A stretch of 52,827 nucleotides of DNA from NCBI GenBank assembly GCA_964571615.1, contig CAZNCT010000004.1, positions 10,758 through 63,584 on the forward strand. Direction: 5' to 3'. This DNA is from an uncultured Anaerolinea sp. (lineage in GTDB: Bacteria; Chloroflexota; Anaerolineae; Anaerolineales; Villigracilaceae). Shown here in pieces: positions 25,263-35,635 of this stretch; the stretch's first letter is position 1, and each line of letters starts with the position of its first letter. The notes under the pieces are model-generated. The model was not told the origin of the DNA. It saw only the letters and a list, made by a program, of their open reading frames with translations, and searched no databases. A program made the translations under genes and the position numbers.

Positions 25263-27965
25263 TCAGGCCAGCGCGCCAGGCAGGGCAGCCACAGCGCCCG
25301 GCTTGGGCAAATGGATGCGCAAAATGCGCCGTCCGCGGCTGGCGAGAGCATCGTAATCACCGAGGGCCTGACCGCGCTCGAGGGTACCGAAGGTCAGACC
25401 CTGACCAGGAATGTCGAAATCTGCTTCGGGGTCGGCAGTGATTTGCAGGAAGACGCCGTTATCGGCGCCGCCCTTGTGCAACTGGCCGGTAGAGTGCAGG
25501 AAGCGCGGCCCAAAGCCCAGGGTGGTCGGCAAGCCGGTTTTCTTCGTCACCGCGGCGCGCAGAGATTGCAGCAGGGCGTCCAGATCGGGGTTGCGCGGCA
25601 GGTAGGCGTTGATGGCAACATAATCGCCCGGGCGGGTGTTGGATAGAAATTCATTCAGTTTGGCGGGCAGTTCTGGCGCTTCGGATGAGATAAATTCCCC
25701 CGCGCTCAGTTTGCCGTTGGCGCGGAACTCGGCAATTTTGGCTTTAGCAATGTCTTTGGCAATTTGCACATCCGGCTGGTCGAAGGGATTGACCTCGAGC
25801 AGGGCGCAGGCCATGGCGGTTGCCACTTCCCAGCGGAAGATTTCGCCGCCCAGGTCGTAGGGGTCGCTCAGGTCAAAGGTCAAGACGGGGTGCCCGGCGG
25901 CGCGCAAGGCGGCGGCGAAAGAATCGAGGCCGCCATCAAAGCGCAGATAGACAAACAGGCGGTCAGCGCCATAGGCGGGCGAATCGGCTGTGTAGCGCGG
26001 TTCGCCATCCACCACAACGATGCCCTTCCCCAGTTTGCCGCTCGATTCGGCAATCAACTGCTCGAGCCACGAACCGACCGAAGCCAGGCGCTCATCGGCC
26101 AGGATGGTCAGTTTATCGCGCCCGGCCAGGGCACAGCCGCCCATGGCCGCGCCCAACGCCAGGCCAGGATTGCGGGCCGCGGGCAGGTCGGGGGTGCATT
26201 GTTTCATCATGCGCTCGGCGCTGGCCAGGAATTTGTGCAGGTCAATGCCCATCAACCCGGCGGGCACCAGGCCAAAGTGAGTCAGGGCCGAATAGCGGCC
26301 CCCGACCATTGGGTCGGCATTGAAAACTTTGCGGAACCCGCGCTCATGGGCCAGTTTCTCCAGCGAGGTGCCCGGGTCGGTCACAGCAATGAAGCGCGAA
26401 CCGGCTTTTTCGCCGAATTTCTGGGTTGAAAGGTGATAGAAATAATCGAAACCGGCCATCACCTCGGCGGTGCCGCCCGACTTGGAAGCGACGATGTAGA
26501 GCGTGGTTTCGGGGGTGAAGCGGGCGGCGGTGGCGGCCACCTGGCCGGGGTCGGTGGAGTCGAGAATGGCAAAATTGCCCGCGCCAAAGACCAGCGAGAA
26601 AACCTCGGGCCCAAGCGATGAGCCGCCCATGCCTATCAGCAAAATGTTTTGAATGCCTTCGGCGCGGACGGTTTCGGCAAAGGCGCTAATCTCGGCAATG
26701 GCAGCACGGGAGGTTTCGGGCAGTTTCAGCCAGCCCAGGCGGATTTTGATTTCGGCCTGCCCGGCGGGGTCATCCGTCCACAGGGTTGGGTCAATCGCCC
26801 ACATGCGCACGGCGGCAGATTTGACCTCCAGCGTAGAGATAGCTTGTTTGACGGTAGCCAGGATGGGGGTCGCCTGTTCCGCAGCGGATTGGCGGCGGGC
26901 TTCGAGCGAGTCGAGCAGGGCGGTGAAGGCATCCGCAAAGGCTTTCACCCCTTCTTCTTCCAACTCATCAGTCACTTTTTGAAGCGAAATGCCCAGCGAT
27001 TCGAGTTCGGCCATCTGGGCGCGGCATTCATCCAGGCCTTCGAGCAGGGTGTTTGCGGCTGTGCCGTGGTCGCGGAAGGCATCCAGCGTTTGGGGCGGGA
27101 CGGTGTTAACCGTCGCAGGGCCAATCAGGTTATCGACGTACAGGGTATCGGGGTAAGCCGGGTTTTTGGTGCCGGTCGAGGCCCACAGAGGCCGCTGGAA
27201 GTTGGCCTTAGCCAGTTGCAGTTTGCCAAAGCGTTCACTGCCAAAGGCTTCGCGGAAGACCTGGTAGGCCAGTTTGGCGTTGGCAATTGCGGCCTTGCCG
27301 CGCAGGGGCGAATCGGCGGGCAGTTGCGGGTCAATTTTGCTGTCGAGGCGCGAGACAAAGAAGGAGGCTACCGAATGGACGTTCTCGATACTGCCGCCCG
27401 CCAGCAGGCGGTCTTCCAGGCCGCTGAGGTAGGCTTCGATAACTTCGCGGTAGCGCTCGAGCGAAAAAATCAGGGTGACGTTGACGTTGATGCCCGCGGC
27501 AATGGCCTGACGAATGGCCGGCAGACCCGCCCGGGTGGCCGGAATTTTTATCATCAGGTTGGGGCGCGCAACGGTCTGCCACAGTTTTTTGGCTTGTTCG
27601 ATGGTGGTGGCGGTCTCGTTGGCCAGGTAGGGGCTGACTTCCAGGCTGACGTAGCCATCGACGCCATAGGTTTCGGCGTAGAGCGGGGCGAACAGGTCGC
27701 AGGCGGCGCGGATGTCTTCGACGGCCAATTGCCAGAAGATGGCTTCAGCATCCCAGCCCGCAAGCGCCAGCGGCACAAGAGCCGAGTCGTAATCGGAAGT
27801 TTTGCTGATGGCGTTGTGGAAGATGGTCGGGTTGGAGGTCACGCCGCGAATATCGCCGCGCGCTATCATGGCGGCCAGTTCGCCATTTTCGAGCAAGCGG
27901 CGCTGAATGTTGTCGTACCAGAGCGATTGGCCGAGCGATGTAAGGGTTTGAATGGGAGTGTTCAT
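25263..27965 (-). CDS. bifunctional transaldolase / glucose-6-phosphate isomerase
   Basis: 900 aa. The N-terminal ~370 aa are transaldolase-like (SLWYDNIQR...VTSNPTIF) and the C-terminal ~530 aa are PGI-like (..IGMGGSSLGPEV..). Confidence 0.88.
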   Translation of the reverse strand: MNTPIQTLTSLGQSLWYDNIQRRLLENGELAAMIARGDIRGVTSNPTIFHNAISKTSDYDSALVPLALAGWDAEAIFWQLAVEDIRAACDLFAPLYAETYGVDGYVSLEVSPYLANETATTIEQAKKLWQTVARPNLMIKIPATRAGLPAIRQAIAAGINVNVTLIFSLERYREVIEAYLSGLEDRLLAGGSIENVHSVASFFVSRLDSKIDPQLPADSPLRGKAAIANAKLAYQVFREAFGSERFGKLQLAKANFQRPLWASTGTKNPAYPDTLYVDNLIGPATVNTVPPQTLDAFRDHGTAANTLLEGLDECRAQMAELESLGISLQKVTDELEEEGVKAFADAFTALLDSLEARRQSAAEQATPILATVKQAISTLEVKSAAVRMWAIDPTLWTDDPAGQAEIKIRLGWLKLPETSRAAIAEISAFAETVRAEGIQNILLIGMGGSSLGPEVFSLVFGAGNFAILDSTDPGQVAATAARFTPETTLYIVASKSGGTAEVMAGFDYFYHLSTQKFGEKAGSRFIAVTDPGTSLEKLAHERGFRKVFNADPMVGGRYSALTHFGLVPAGLMGIDLHKFLASAERMMKQCTPDLPAARNPGLALGAAMGGCALAGRDKLTILADERLASVGSWLEQLIAESSGKLGKGIVVVDGEPRYTADSPAYGADRLFVYLRFDGGLDSFAAALRAAGHPVLTFDLSDPYDLGGEIFRWEVATAMACALLEVNPFDQPDVQIAKDIAKAKIAEFRANGKLSAGEFISSEAPELPAKLNEFLSNTRPGDYVAINAYLPRNPDLDALLQSLRAAVTKKTGLPTTLGFGPRFLHSTGQLHKGGADNGVFLQITADPEADFDIPGQGLTFGTLERGQALGDYDALASRGRRILRIHLPKPGAVAALPGALA

Positions 27966-28009
27966 AAGGTTTTCTTTCTCACGGTTTTCAAAAGATAAGT
28001 TTGGTATCC

Positions 28010-29578
28010 TTAAGCGCTCATTTCATACATGACCGCAAAGAGGTTGACCGGCTCGGCCTTACCGCGCACAGCGACAGAATCGAGCGGTTGGACAGCAACA
28101 GAAATAGTGCGGGCCGCGCTGCGAATGGCGGCTTCGTTGGCCAGAATGTTCTGGCCGAGTTCTTTGGTCAAGTCTTGCAGGCGGGCGGCCAGGTTGACCG
28201 TATCGCCAATCACTGTATATTCAAGGCGGCCTTCCCCGCCGACGTTGCCAGCCACAACCGGGCCGCTAGCCAGCCCAATCCCAATCTGCAAACTGGGTTG
28301 TGAGCGCGCGGCTTGCCCGGCGTTGAAGCCCTTGAGCGCGTCCTGCATTTGTAAGGCCGCCCGAACGGCCTGGGCAGCATGGTCAGCAGAGGGGTTGAGC
28401 GGAGAGCCAAAAACCGCCAGCAGCGAATCGCCGCCAAATTTATTAACCAGGCCGCCGTTGGCAATCACCACTTCGACCATGCGGCTCATGTAACGGTTGA
28501 GCAGGTCAATCAACTGCTCGGGCGGCATCCGCTCCGAGAGGGCGGTAAAGCCGCGAATATCCGAAAAAAGCACGGTACACTCGACCAACTGCCCACCCAG
28601 TTTGGTGCCGTGTTCAATCGCCTCGCGGGCCACTTCGGGGCTGACATACAGGTTGAGCAGGTTGCGCATGACTTCAGCCCGGCGCAGTCCGCTGATCATT
28701 TCATTGAAGCCTTGCGCGACATAACCCAGTTCGTCATTGCTATCGGCCAGCATTTGCACATTCAAATCGTTGTTTGCCACGCGATTCATGGCATCTCGCA
28801 AACGCTCAAGAGGAGCCACAATCGAATGCGAAACCAGAATCGCCAGGGCAATGCCAGCCCCGGCGGCAATCAGCGAAATAATTGCCACAGCAATATACAG
28901 ATTTTGCAGCACCACCTGCGGATTTTCAGCCTCGAGCAGGGCCTCAGCCCGGCTGACCGCTGACAGCGAGAGCAGGGCTGCCGGGTAAAACCCGACCAGC
29001 ACAAATCCCAACACCAACCGCCATCTGACTGAATTGCGCCAGGCCCGGGCCTCGTTGGTGCGCGCATCGGGGAAGAACAGCCAGACCACCGGCCGCCACA
29101 TGGCATCCACGGCAAAATACACAATTGCCGAGGTAATCACCCCACCCACCCCAAAAACACTCACCAGCGCCTGCCAGGCCCCAGTCATCAAAAAGCCAAA
29201 GAAGAACCCAGCAAAAAACCACATCGCCAGCGAAATCAGGGCTGTCGCAGCCGCATATTGCAACACTTCGCGTCGGGCCGCATCGGGCACTTCTGAAGCA
29301 GGCACACCATCAATCAACTGCGGAACCCATTGGGGATAGTAGCGATTGAAATAACCGGCCAGCACATTCCCGAGCATCAACAAAGACACAATCGCGGCCA
29401 CCGAAATCAAGCCGTTCCAAAAAGGAACTTCAATGACCGGCGCACTGCCCTGCGGAATAGGTTCAACGGAAGACAGGTAAAAGAGCGTAATGAGCGCACC
29501 CAAAAAGTTCGCGCCCAGGGTCAGAACCGATACCCGCTGTCCAATTTTTTTATATTCCGCATGGCTCAAAGCACTCAT
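28010..29578 (-). CDS. membrane-bound class III adenylate/guanylate cyclase (multi-TM, HAMP, cyclase domain)
   Basis: 522 aa with about 6 TM helices and a HAMP-like segment. The catalytic domain reads CTVLFSDIRGFTALSE...FGDSLLAVFG...GIGLASGPVVAGNVG...YTVIGDTVNLAARL. Confidence 0.88.
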   Translation of the reverse strand: MSALSHAEYKKIGQRVSVLTLGANFLGALITLFYLSSVEPIPQGSAPVIEVPFWNGLISVAAIVSLLMLGNVLAGYFNRYYPQWVPQLIDGVPASEVPDAARREVLQYAAATALISLAMWFFAGFFFGFLMTGAWQALVSVFGVGGVITSAIVYFAVDAMWRPVVWLFFPDARTNEARAWRNSVRWRLVLGFVLVGFYPAALLSLSAVSRAEALLEAENPQVVLQNLYIAVAIISLIAAGAGIALAILVSHSIVAPLERLRDAMNRVANNDLNVQMLADSNDELGYVAQGFNEMISGLRRAEVMRNLLNLYVSPEVAREAIEHGTKLGGQLVECTVLFSDIRGFTALSERMPPEQLIDLLNRYMSRMVEVVIANGGLVNKFGGDSLLAVFGSPLNPSADHAAQAVRAALQMQDALKGFNAGQAARSQPSLQIGIGLASGPVVAGNVGGEGRLEYTVIGDTVNLAARLQDLTKELGQNILANEAAIRSAARTISVAVQPLDSVAVRGKAEPVNLFAVMYEMSA

Positions 29579-29581
29579 GGC

Positions 29582-30037
29582 TTAGCCTTGCTCCAGTTTG
29601 CGAACCTTACCCACCCGGCGCTTGTGACGTTCCTCGCCGGGGTCATTGCCGACAAAACGCGCCCGCAAAAAAGCCGCCACAATCTCTTTGGCCGGTTCGG
29701 GACCAATAATGCGCGCTCCCAGGCAGAGCAGGTTCATATCGTCATGCTCCACGCCCTGGTGCGCCGAATAGGTATCATGGCAGATGCCCGCGTAAATGCC
29801 CTTCATTTTATTGGCGGCAATGTTTGCGCCCACCGCCGACCCACACAGCATAATGCCGCGTTCGGCCTGGCCGTCCAAAATTGCGCGGCCTACCTTCTCG
29901 GCATAATCGGGATAATCCACCGCCTCGGTCGAGTGCGTCCCCAGGTCTATTGGCTCGTGCCCGGCGGCCCGCACGGCTTCGATCACCGTCTGCTTAAGCG
30001 GGAACCCGGCATGGTCAGCCCCAATGGCAACCTTCAT
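29582..30037 (-). CDS. rpiB: ribose-5-phosphate isomerase B
   Basis: 151 aa: [15 protein letters not shown]...[17 protein letters not shown]... Confidence 0.9.
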   Translation of the reverse strand: MKVAIGADHAGFPLKQTVIEAVRAAGHEPIDLGTHSTEAVDYPDYAEKVGRAILDGQAERGIMLCGSAVGANIAANKMKGIYAGICHDTYSAHQGVEHDDMNLLCLGARIIGPEPAKEIVAAFLRARFVGNDPGEERHKRRVGKVRKLEQG

Positions 30038-32034
30038 TTCATCACCTCGCGCGCTTTTGCAATCACATTTTCAATTGTAAAGCCAAATTCCTTGAACAAA
30101 ATCGGGGCCGGGGCCGAAGCGCCGTACCGTTCCATAGAGATAATTCCGCCGGACTGCCCGACGAACTTTTCCCAGCCCATGCCGATACCGGCCTCGACAG
30201 CAACTCTGGCCCGAACAGCGGCGGGGAACACGGACTCACGATAAGCGGCATCCTGTTTCTCGAACAGTTCCCAGCTCGGAACCGACACCAGGCGCACATT
30301 GATGCCTTCCATCGCCAGGCGCGAGCCGGCCTCGACAATCAACGACACTTCTGAACCCGAAGCCATCAGAATCAATTCCGGCTGTCCATCGCCCAAATCG
30401 GCCAGCACATAAGCGCCCTTGTGCAGCAAGGCCGCCTCTGAAAACTGTTCGCGGTTGAGGGTCGGCAGGTTCTGGCGGGTCAAGACCAGGGCGGTTGGGC
30501 CGTGCAGGTTGCGCAGAGCGGCTCTCCAGGCTTCGACCGTCTCGTTGGCATCCGCCGGGCGGATGACCGTCAGGTTCGGGATGGCGCGCAGGCTGGCGAC
30601 ATGTTCCACCGGCTGATGGGTCGGGCCGTCTTCGCCCACGCCGATGCTATCGTGCGTGAAAACAAAAATGGAAGGCAGGTGAGAAAGCGCGGCAATACGC
30701 AAAGCCGGGCGCATGTAATCGGCAAAAACCAGGAAAGTCGCCCCAAACGGGCGCAAGCCGCCGTGATAGGCCATGCCATTGACCACCGCGCCCATGGCAT
30801 GTTCGCGCACCCCAAAGTGGAAGTTGCGCCCATCAGGAGTAGCGTGCTGGAAAGCAGGCGTGCCATCTAATTTGGTGTTGTTGGATGGCGCCAAATCTGC
30901 CGAACCGCCGAGCAGTTCGGGCACTTTGGCAGCAATCGCATTCAGGGCTTTGCCCGAAGCGGCACGCGAGGCCATGCCTTTTTCATCCGTCGGGAAGACC
31001 GGCAAATCGGTTTCCCAGCCTTTGGGCAGTTCGCCGCGCATCCGGCGGGCCAGTTCGGCGGCTTTTTCGGGCAGGGCGGCGCGATAAGCATCAAAACGGG
31101 CCTGCCACTCCGCCTGGAACTTCGCCCCGCGCGTAACCGACTCACGGAAGTGAGCCAGGACATCATCCGGGATGTAAAAACGCGGCTCAAGCGGCCAACC
31201 GGCGGCTTCTTTTGCGCCGTTCAATTCAGCATCGCCAGGCGGTTCACCGTGCGCTTTGGCTGTCCCGGCGCGGGTCGGCAGGCCATAGCCAATCACCGTC
31301 CGGCACATGATGATGGACGGGCGCTCATCGGCCTTGGCGGCCTGAATGGCGGCGTCAATCGCCTCAACATCGTTGCCATCCGAGACAATCTGAACATGCC
31401 AGCCGTAGGCCTCGAAGCGTTTGGCGCGGTCTTCGGTGAAGGCCAGGTCGGTAGAGCCATCAATCGAAATTTTGTTATCGTCGTACAGATAAATCATCTT
31501 GCCGAGTTTGAGATGCCCGGCCAGCGAAGCCGCTTCAGCGGCGACACCTTCCATCAGGTCGCCATCGGTGACGATGGCGTAGGTATAATGGTCAATAATA
31601 TTGTGTTCTGGGGTATTAAATTCCGCAGCCAGGTGCGCCTCGGCAATGGCCATGCCAACACCATTGGCAAAGCCCGCGCCCAGGGGGCCGGTGGTCGTCT
31701 CAACCCCAGGGGTCAGGCCAAACTCGGGGTGGCCGGGGGTCAGGCTGCCCCACTGCCGAAAACGCTTGACATCCTCGAGCGGCAGGTCGTAGCCAGTCAG
31801 ATACAAAAGCGAGTAAAGCAGGGCCGAACCGTGCCCGCCGGAGAGAACGAAGCGGTCGCGGTTGGGCCATTTGGGGTTTTGCGGGTTATGGCGCAGGTGA
31901 CGCATCCAAACCGTATAGGCCATCGCCGCCGCCCCCATCGGCAGGCCCGGATGTCCCGAATTGGCCTGCTGAACGGCATCAGCAGAGAGGAAACGAATGG
32001 CATTCAGGGCGCGTTGCAACAAATCAGGATTCAT
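30034..32034 (-). CDS. tkt: transketolase
   Basis: 666 aa with the ThDP-binding motifs [11 protein letters not shown] and GDLMEGV. It overlaps rpiB by 4 nt. Confidence 0.95.
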   Translation of the reverse strand: MNPDLLQRALNAIRFLSADAVQQANSGHPGLPMGAAAMAYTVWMRHLRHNPQNPKWPNRDRFVLSGGHGSALLYSLLYLTGYDLPLEDVKRFRQWGSLTPGHPEFGLTPGVETTTGPLGAGFANGVGMAIAEAHLAAEFNTPEHNIIDHYTYAIVTDGDLMEGVAAEAASLAGHLKLGKMIYLYDDNKISIDGSTDLAFTEDRAKRFEAYGWHVQIVSDGNDVEAIDAAIQAAKADERPSIIMCRTVIGYGLPTRAGTAKAHGEPPGDAELNGAKEAAGWPLEPRFYIPDDVLAHFRESVTRGAKFQAEWQARFDAYRAALPEKAAELARRMRGELPKGWETDLPVFPTDEKGMASRAASGKALNAIAAKVPELLGGSADLAPSNNTKLDGTPAFQHATPDGRNFHFGVREHAMGAVVNGMAYHGGLRPFGATFLVFADYMRPALRIAALSHLPSIFVFTHDSIGVGEDGPTHQPVEHVASLRAIPNLTVIRPADANETVEAWRAALRNLHGPTALVLTRQNLPTLNREQFSEAALLHKGAYVLADLGDGQPELILMASGSEVSLIVEAGSRLAMEGINVRLVSVPSWELFEKQDAAYRESVFPAAVRARVAVEAGIGMGWEKFVGQSGGIISMERYGASAPAPILFKEFGFTIENVIAKAREVMK

Positions 32035-32100
32035 AGGAGCCTCTTTTCAAAGAAAACTGGAATAAGCGCAAAATTGGCTAATTGTACTACTTTGCACAAA

Positions 32101-33132
32101 TTATTGGCCCAGGAATGTCTCCAGGTCGTGCAAATAGCGTTCGGCGATTTCGATAATGACCACATCAGGCGAGGTCTGCTCGACCCAGGAAGCCGACCAG
32201 ATGGAACGGCCCGAGTAATGCGGCACCGAAAGCGACTCGCGAAAGTGCATGGCCAGCAGCCCAAACAAGCGCGGGCCAAAAGAGTCGTGATACATCAACA
32301 AGCGCGGCTGCGAGGCATTTTCTGTCCAGGCCATCAGCAGGCGGCGAGACCCGGCCTGCAATTCGCGGTAACGGGCCGGGTTTTCAAAACGCGGCGCAAT
32401 CACCAGGGGCGGCTCAAGCAGGCTGACACTGCCGGTGTTGGCGGCCAAATCCCAGAGCGCAGGGTCATCTTCGCGAAATTCAAACTGGTCGAGCGCATAA
32501 GGAGCCAGTTCGGGACGTGACTTTGCCAGCTGAGACAGGATGGCCTGATAAGCCAGAAAGACGCCGTAATCGTTCCAATGCGTGTCGGTCTGGTAATACA
32601 CATCACGAACCTTGCGGCCCTCGGCCAGCACCGGGCGCAGGTCGAGCAAAACACCAGGCAGGTTTTGTTCGAGATGAGCAGTCAGGCGGTCAAGGCGCGA
32701 GGTTTCAGAGAGTTTGCCAAGTTGCGGCGGGACAATATCAGGGTAAACGGTTGGTTTGTTGGGGGCCACCACCACCAGCAGGGTGCCTCCACGCGCCGCC
32801 AGGCGCTCTTGCAGGCGTCCTAACAGCCAGGTGATTTCGGCCAATTGCTGATCGCTGAACTCAATCACATTCTGGTAATCATCAAAACTGCGCTCAGCGG
32901 TAAACACCAGCCAGCCGCGCTCCCCCACCAGCACATTCGGGAAGACCCGGTCACCCAGGGCCAGGCGCAGGTCGGCGTAAGCGGCTATCAGTTTGCGATA
33001 ACCCCACAAGGAGGTATCCAGGCCAAAAACGCCCACGTCCGCGCTGCGGATGAGCACAAAGTACAACCCGCCCAGAAAGACCACGACCAGCAGGCGGCTG
33101 TACCACAAACGGAGAGAGTCGAGATTCATCAT
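32101..33132 (-). CDS. AlgJ/AlgX-like SGNH-fold O-acetyltransferase partner protein
   Basis: 343 aa with an N-terminal TM and the motif YYQTDTHWNDYG characteristic of AlgJ/AlgX/PatB-type proteins. Its start overlaps the MBOAT stop. Confidence 0.7.
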   Translation of the reverse strand: MMNLDSLRLWYSRLLVVVFLGGLYFVLIRSADVGVFGLDTSLWGYRKLIAAYADLRLALGDRVFPNVLVGERGWLVFTAERSFDDYQNVIEFSDQQLAEITWLLGRLQERLAARGGTLLVVVAPNKPTVYPDIVPPQLGKLSETSRLDRLTAHLEQNLPGVLLDLRPVLAEGRKVRDVYYQTDTHWNDYGVFLAYQAILSQLAKSRPELAPYALDQFEFREDDPALWDLAANTGSVSLLEPPLVIAPRFENPARYRELQAGSRRLLMAWTENASQPRLLMYHDSFGPRLFGLLAMHFRESLSVPHYSGRSIWSASWVEQTSPDVVIIEIAERYLHDLETFLGQ

Positions 33133-34556
33133 CAGAAATTGGCGTAAATATTGGGCGCAAAGCCGCCCGCCAGCAAGGCCGCCAGCCCCAGCACAAACAA
33201 GCCCGCCAGGGCGGCATCTTCAAGCGGTTGAAGGACAAAAAACCAGGCCGGGCGGGCCGTTTCGAGGCGGGCGCGCAAGGCACGCCACCAGGGGCCAAGC
33301 GGCAGGCAGAACAAAACACCCACCCCAAAAGCCAGCCAGAAAGACGGCTGAATGAAAGGCAGGGGCATGGTCTCAGAAAACGGACGCGCCACCAGGCCGG
33401 TGGTATCGCCCATCAGGCGGCGGAAAAACTCCAGCGCAAACGGAAAGTTGTTGGCGCGGAAGAAAACCCAACCCGCCAGCACCACCGCCAGAACGTAGAA
33501 ATGGCGCACAGGCCGCCAGGCCGATTTCAACCAGCGCCCCAGTCCGCTCATTTCGAGCGCAATCGCCAGCCCGTGCAGCAGTCCCCAGGCCAAAAAGGTC
33601 GGCTTGAAACCATGCCACAGACCGGTGAGAGCAAAGACAATCAGAATGTTAATTTGCTGGCCCAAAACCGGCAGGCGGCGGCGTTCCAGCGGAAAGAAGA
33701 CATACTCACGAAACCAGGTTGAAAGCGAAATATGCCATCTGCGCCAGAAATCGCTAATGCTTTCGGCCACATAAGGCAGGTTAAAGTTCTCAGGCAGTTT
33801 GACCCCGGCCATGGCCGCAAGACCAAGCGCCATATCGGTATAACCCGAAAAATCAAAATAGATTTGCAGGGCATAGGCCAGCAAGGCCAGCCAGGCATGG
33901 CCCGGCTCAAGGTTGGCGGTCGGCTGATTGAAGGCCGCATCGACCAAAACCGCCAGTTGGTTGGCGATCAGGGCGCGTTTGGCAAAACCGGCCAGCAAAC
34001 GCCGAATGCCATCTGCAATTTGCCCGGCGCTGGGGTTCAAATCATTCAACTGCTCGGCAAAAGGCCTGAAACGCACCAGCGGCCCCGAAACCAGTTTTGG
34101 AAAGAAGAGCAGGTAGAGCGCCAGCCGGGCCGGGTCACGCTCGGCAGGGATTGTCCCGCGCCAGGTATCGACCAGGTACGAAACCGCCTGAAAAGCAAAG
34201 TACGAAAGCCCCAGCGGCACCGCCAGCCCACGGGCGGCATCCGACCAGTTTAACGGTAGCCAGGCCAGGCCGTAGAGCGGAGTCCACTTGAAGAAAGCCA
34301 AAAGCGCCAGGTTGGCCGCTATGCCGGCCCACAGCCAGGGCAGGCGGCCCCGCCCCCGTTCCGCCAAAATTCCAAAAACATAGGTGATGGCAAAAGCGGC
34401 CCCCAGCCAGGCCAGCGCCACGGCCTGCCCCCAGGCCAGAAAGACCAGGCTGGCGGCCAGCAGCACATAAACGCGCACCCGCCGCTCACTGAGCAAAAAA
34501 ACCGTCAGAAAGAGCGGCAGGAAAAGAAAAAGGAAGGTGGGGGTCGAAAAATTCAT
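33132..34556 (-). CDS. MBOAT family O-acyltransferase (AlgI/DltB/PatA-like)
   Basis: I prefer the start at ATG 34556 (MNFSTPTFLFLFLPLF, the typical MBOAT N-terminus); ATG 34565 is an alternative. The conserved His region is LWHG. The track ORF extension to 34907 overlaps the divergent gene and is rejected. Confidence 0.85.
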   Translation of the reverse strand: MNFSTPTFLFLFLPLFLTVFLLSERRVRVYVLLAASLVFLAWGQAVALAWLGAAFAITYVFGILAERGRGRLPWLWAGIAANLALLAFFKWTPLYGLAWLPLNWSDAARGLAVPLGLSYFAFQAVSYLVDTWRGTIPAERDPARLALYLLFFPKLVSGPLVRFRPFAEQLNDLNPSAGQIADGIRRLLAGFAKRALIANQLAVLVDAAFNQPTANLEPGHAWLALLAYALQIYFDFSGYTDMALGLAAMAGVKLPENFNLPYVAESISDFWRRWHISLSTWFREYVFFPLERRRLPVLGQQINILIVFALTGLWHGFKPTFLAWGLLHGLAIALEMSGLGRWLKSAWRPVRHFYVLAVVLAGWVFFRANNFPFALEFFRRLMGDTTGLVARPFSETMPLPFIQPSFWLAFGVGVLFCLPLGPWWRALRARLETARPAWFFVLQPLEDAALAGLFVLGLAALLAGGFAPNIYANF

Positions 34557-34563
34557 CGGCCCC

Positions 34564-34571
34564 ATTATAAT
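34564..34571. promoter_or_regulatory. palindromic ATTATAAT providing a -10 hexamer on both strands for divergent, apparently leaderless genes
   Basis: Plus-strand TATAAT (34566-34571) lies 6 nt before ATG 34578. Minus-strand TATAAT (34569-34564) lies 7 nt before ATG 34556. Only 21 bp separate the two start codons. Confidence 0.45.
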
Positions 34572-34577
34572 GGACGT

Positions 34578-35546
34578 ATGAACATTCACCGCCAACGACT
34601 GGAAGCCGCCCTGCGCGGCGAGATTCTCGACAGGCCGCCGGTTGCGCTCTGGCGGCACTTTCCGGGCGACGACCAGACCCCCGAGGGCCTGGCCGCTGCC
34701 AGCGCGCACTGGCAGGCGCTCTACGGCTGGGATTTGGTCAAAGTTACCCCGGCCTCCTCGTTTTGTCTGAAAGATTGGGGCGCAGAAGATGTCTGGGAGG
34801 GCAACCCCGAAGGAACACGCCGCTACACGAAAAGAGTGGTCGCTGCGCCCGAAGACTGGGCCAGGCTCAACGTGCTGGAGGCGGACTCCCCGCATCTGGC
34901 CGCCCAATTAAAGTGCCTGCGTCTGCTCCGTGAGCGGCTGCCAGGGTCTGAACCGCTAATTCAGACCATTTTCAGCCCCCTGTCGCAAGCCAAAAACCTG
35001 GCGGGCGGTGAGCGGCTGATTCTGCACCTGCGCCAACACCCCGAGCAGGTGCATCGCGGCCTCGAAGTCATCGCAGAGACAACCCGCCGCTTCATTAAAG
35101 CGGCCATCGAAACCGGCATCGATGGGATTTTTTACGCCGTACAGCACGCCCAGGCCAGCCTGCTCAGCCGCGATGAATTTGCTGCCTTTGGGCGCGCCTA
35201 CGACCTGCCCACGCTGGAGGCTGCCAAACCGCTGTGGTTCAACATGGCCCACCTGCACGGCGAAAACGTCTATTTCGACATGGTTGCCGATTACCCGGTG
35301 CAGGTGCTCAACTGGCACGACCGCGACACCGAGCCAAATCTCGCCGAAGGGCAAAAACGCTTCCCCGGCATCACCTGCGGCGGACTGCGGCGCGAGACCC
35401 TGGCGCTGGGCAATCCTGCCGAAATCCGCGCCGAAATTGAAGACGCCCTGGCGCAAACCGGCGGCAAGCGCTTCCTGCTCGGGACGGGTTGCGTGGTCGA
35501 AACCATTGCGCCGCATGGGAACTTGATTGAAGTAAGCAAAGCCTGA
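34578..35546 (+). CDS. uroporphyrinogen decarboxylase (URO-D) family protein
   Basis: 322 aa with general similarity to URO-D/MtaA-like enzymes (..PPVALWRHFPGDDQ.., ..GIDGIFYAVQ..). Confidence 0.65.
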   Translation: MNIHRQRLEAALRGEILDRPPVALWRHFPGDDQTPEGLAAASAHWQALYGWDLVKVTPASSFCLKDWGAEDVWEGNPEGTRRYTKRVVAAPEDWARLNVLEADSPHLAAQLKCLRLLRERLPGSEPLIQTIFSPLSQAKNLAGGERLILHLRQHPEQVHRGLEVIAETTRRFIKAAIETGIDGIFYAVQHAQASLLSRDEFAAFGRAYDLPTLEAAKPLWFNMAHLHGENVYFDMVADYPVQVLNWHDRDTEPNLAEGQKRFPGITCGGLRRETLALGNPAEIRAEIEDALAQTGGKRFLLGTGCVVETIAPHGNLIEVSKA

Positions 35547-35635
35547 TGTTTCAGTCAATTGTTGCATTAACACAAAACACTCATCCGAAAACGAGCCTGA
35601 TACAACCTGTCAGGTTTCACAACGACTAAAACCAC

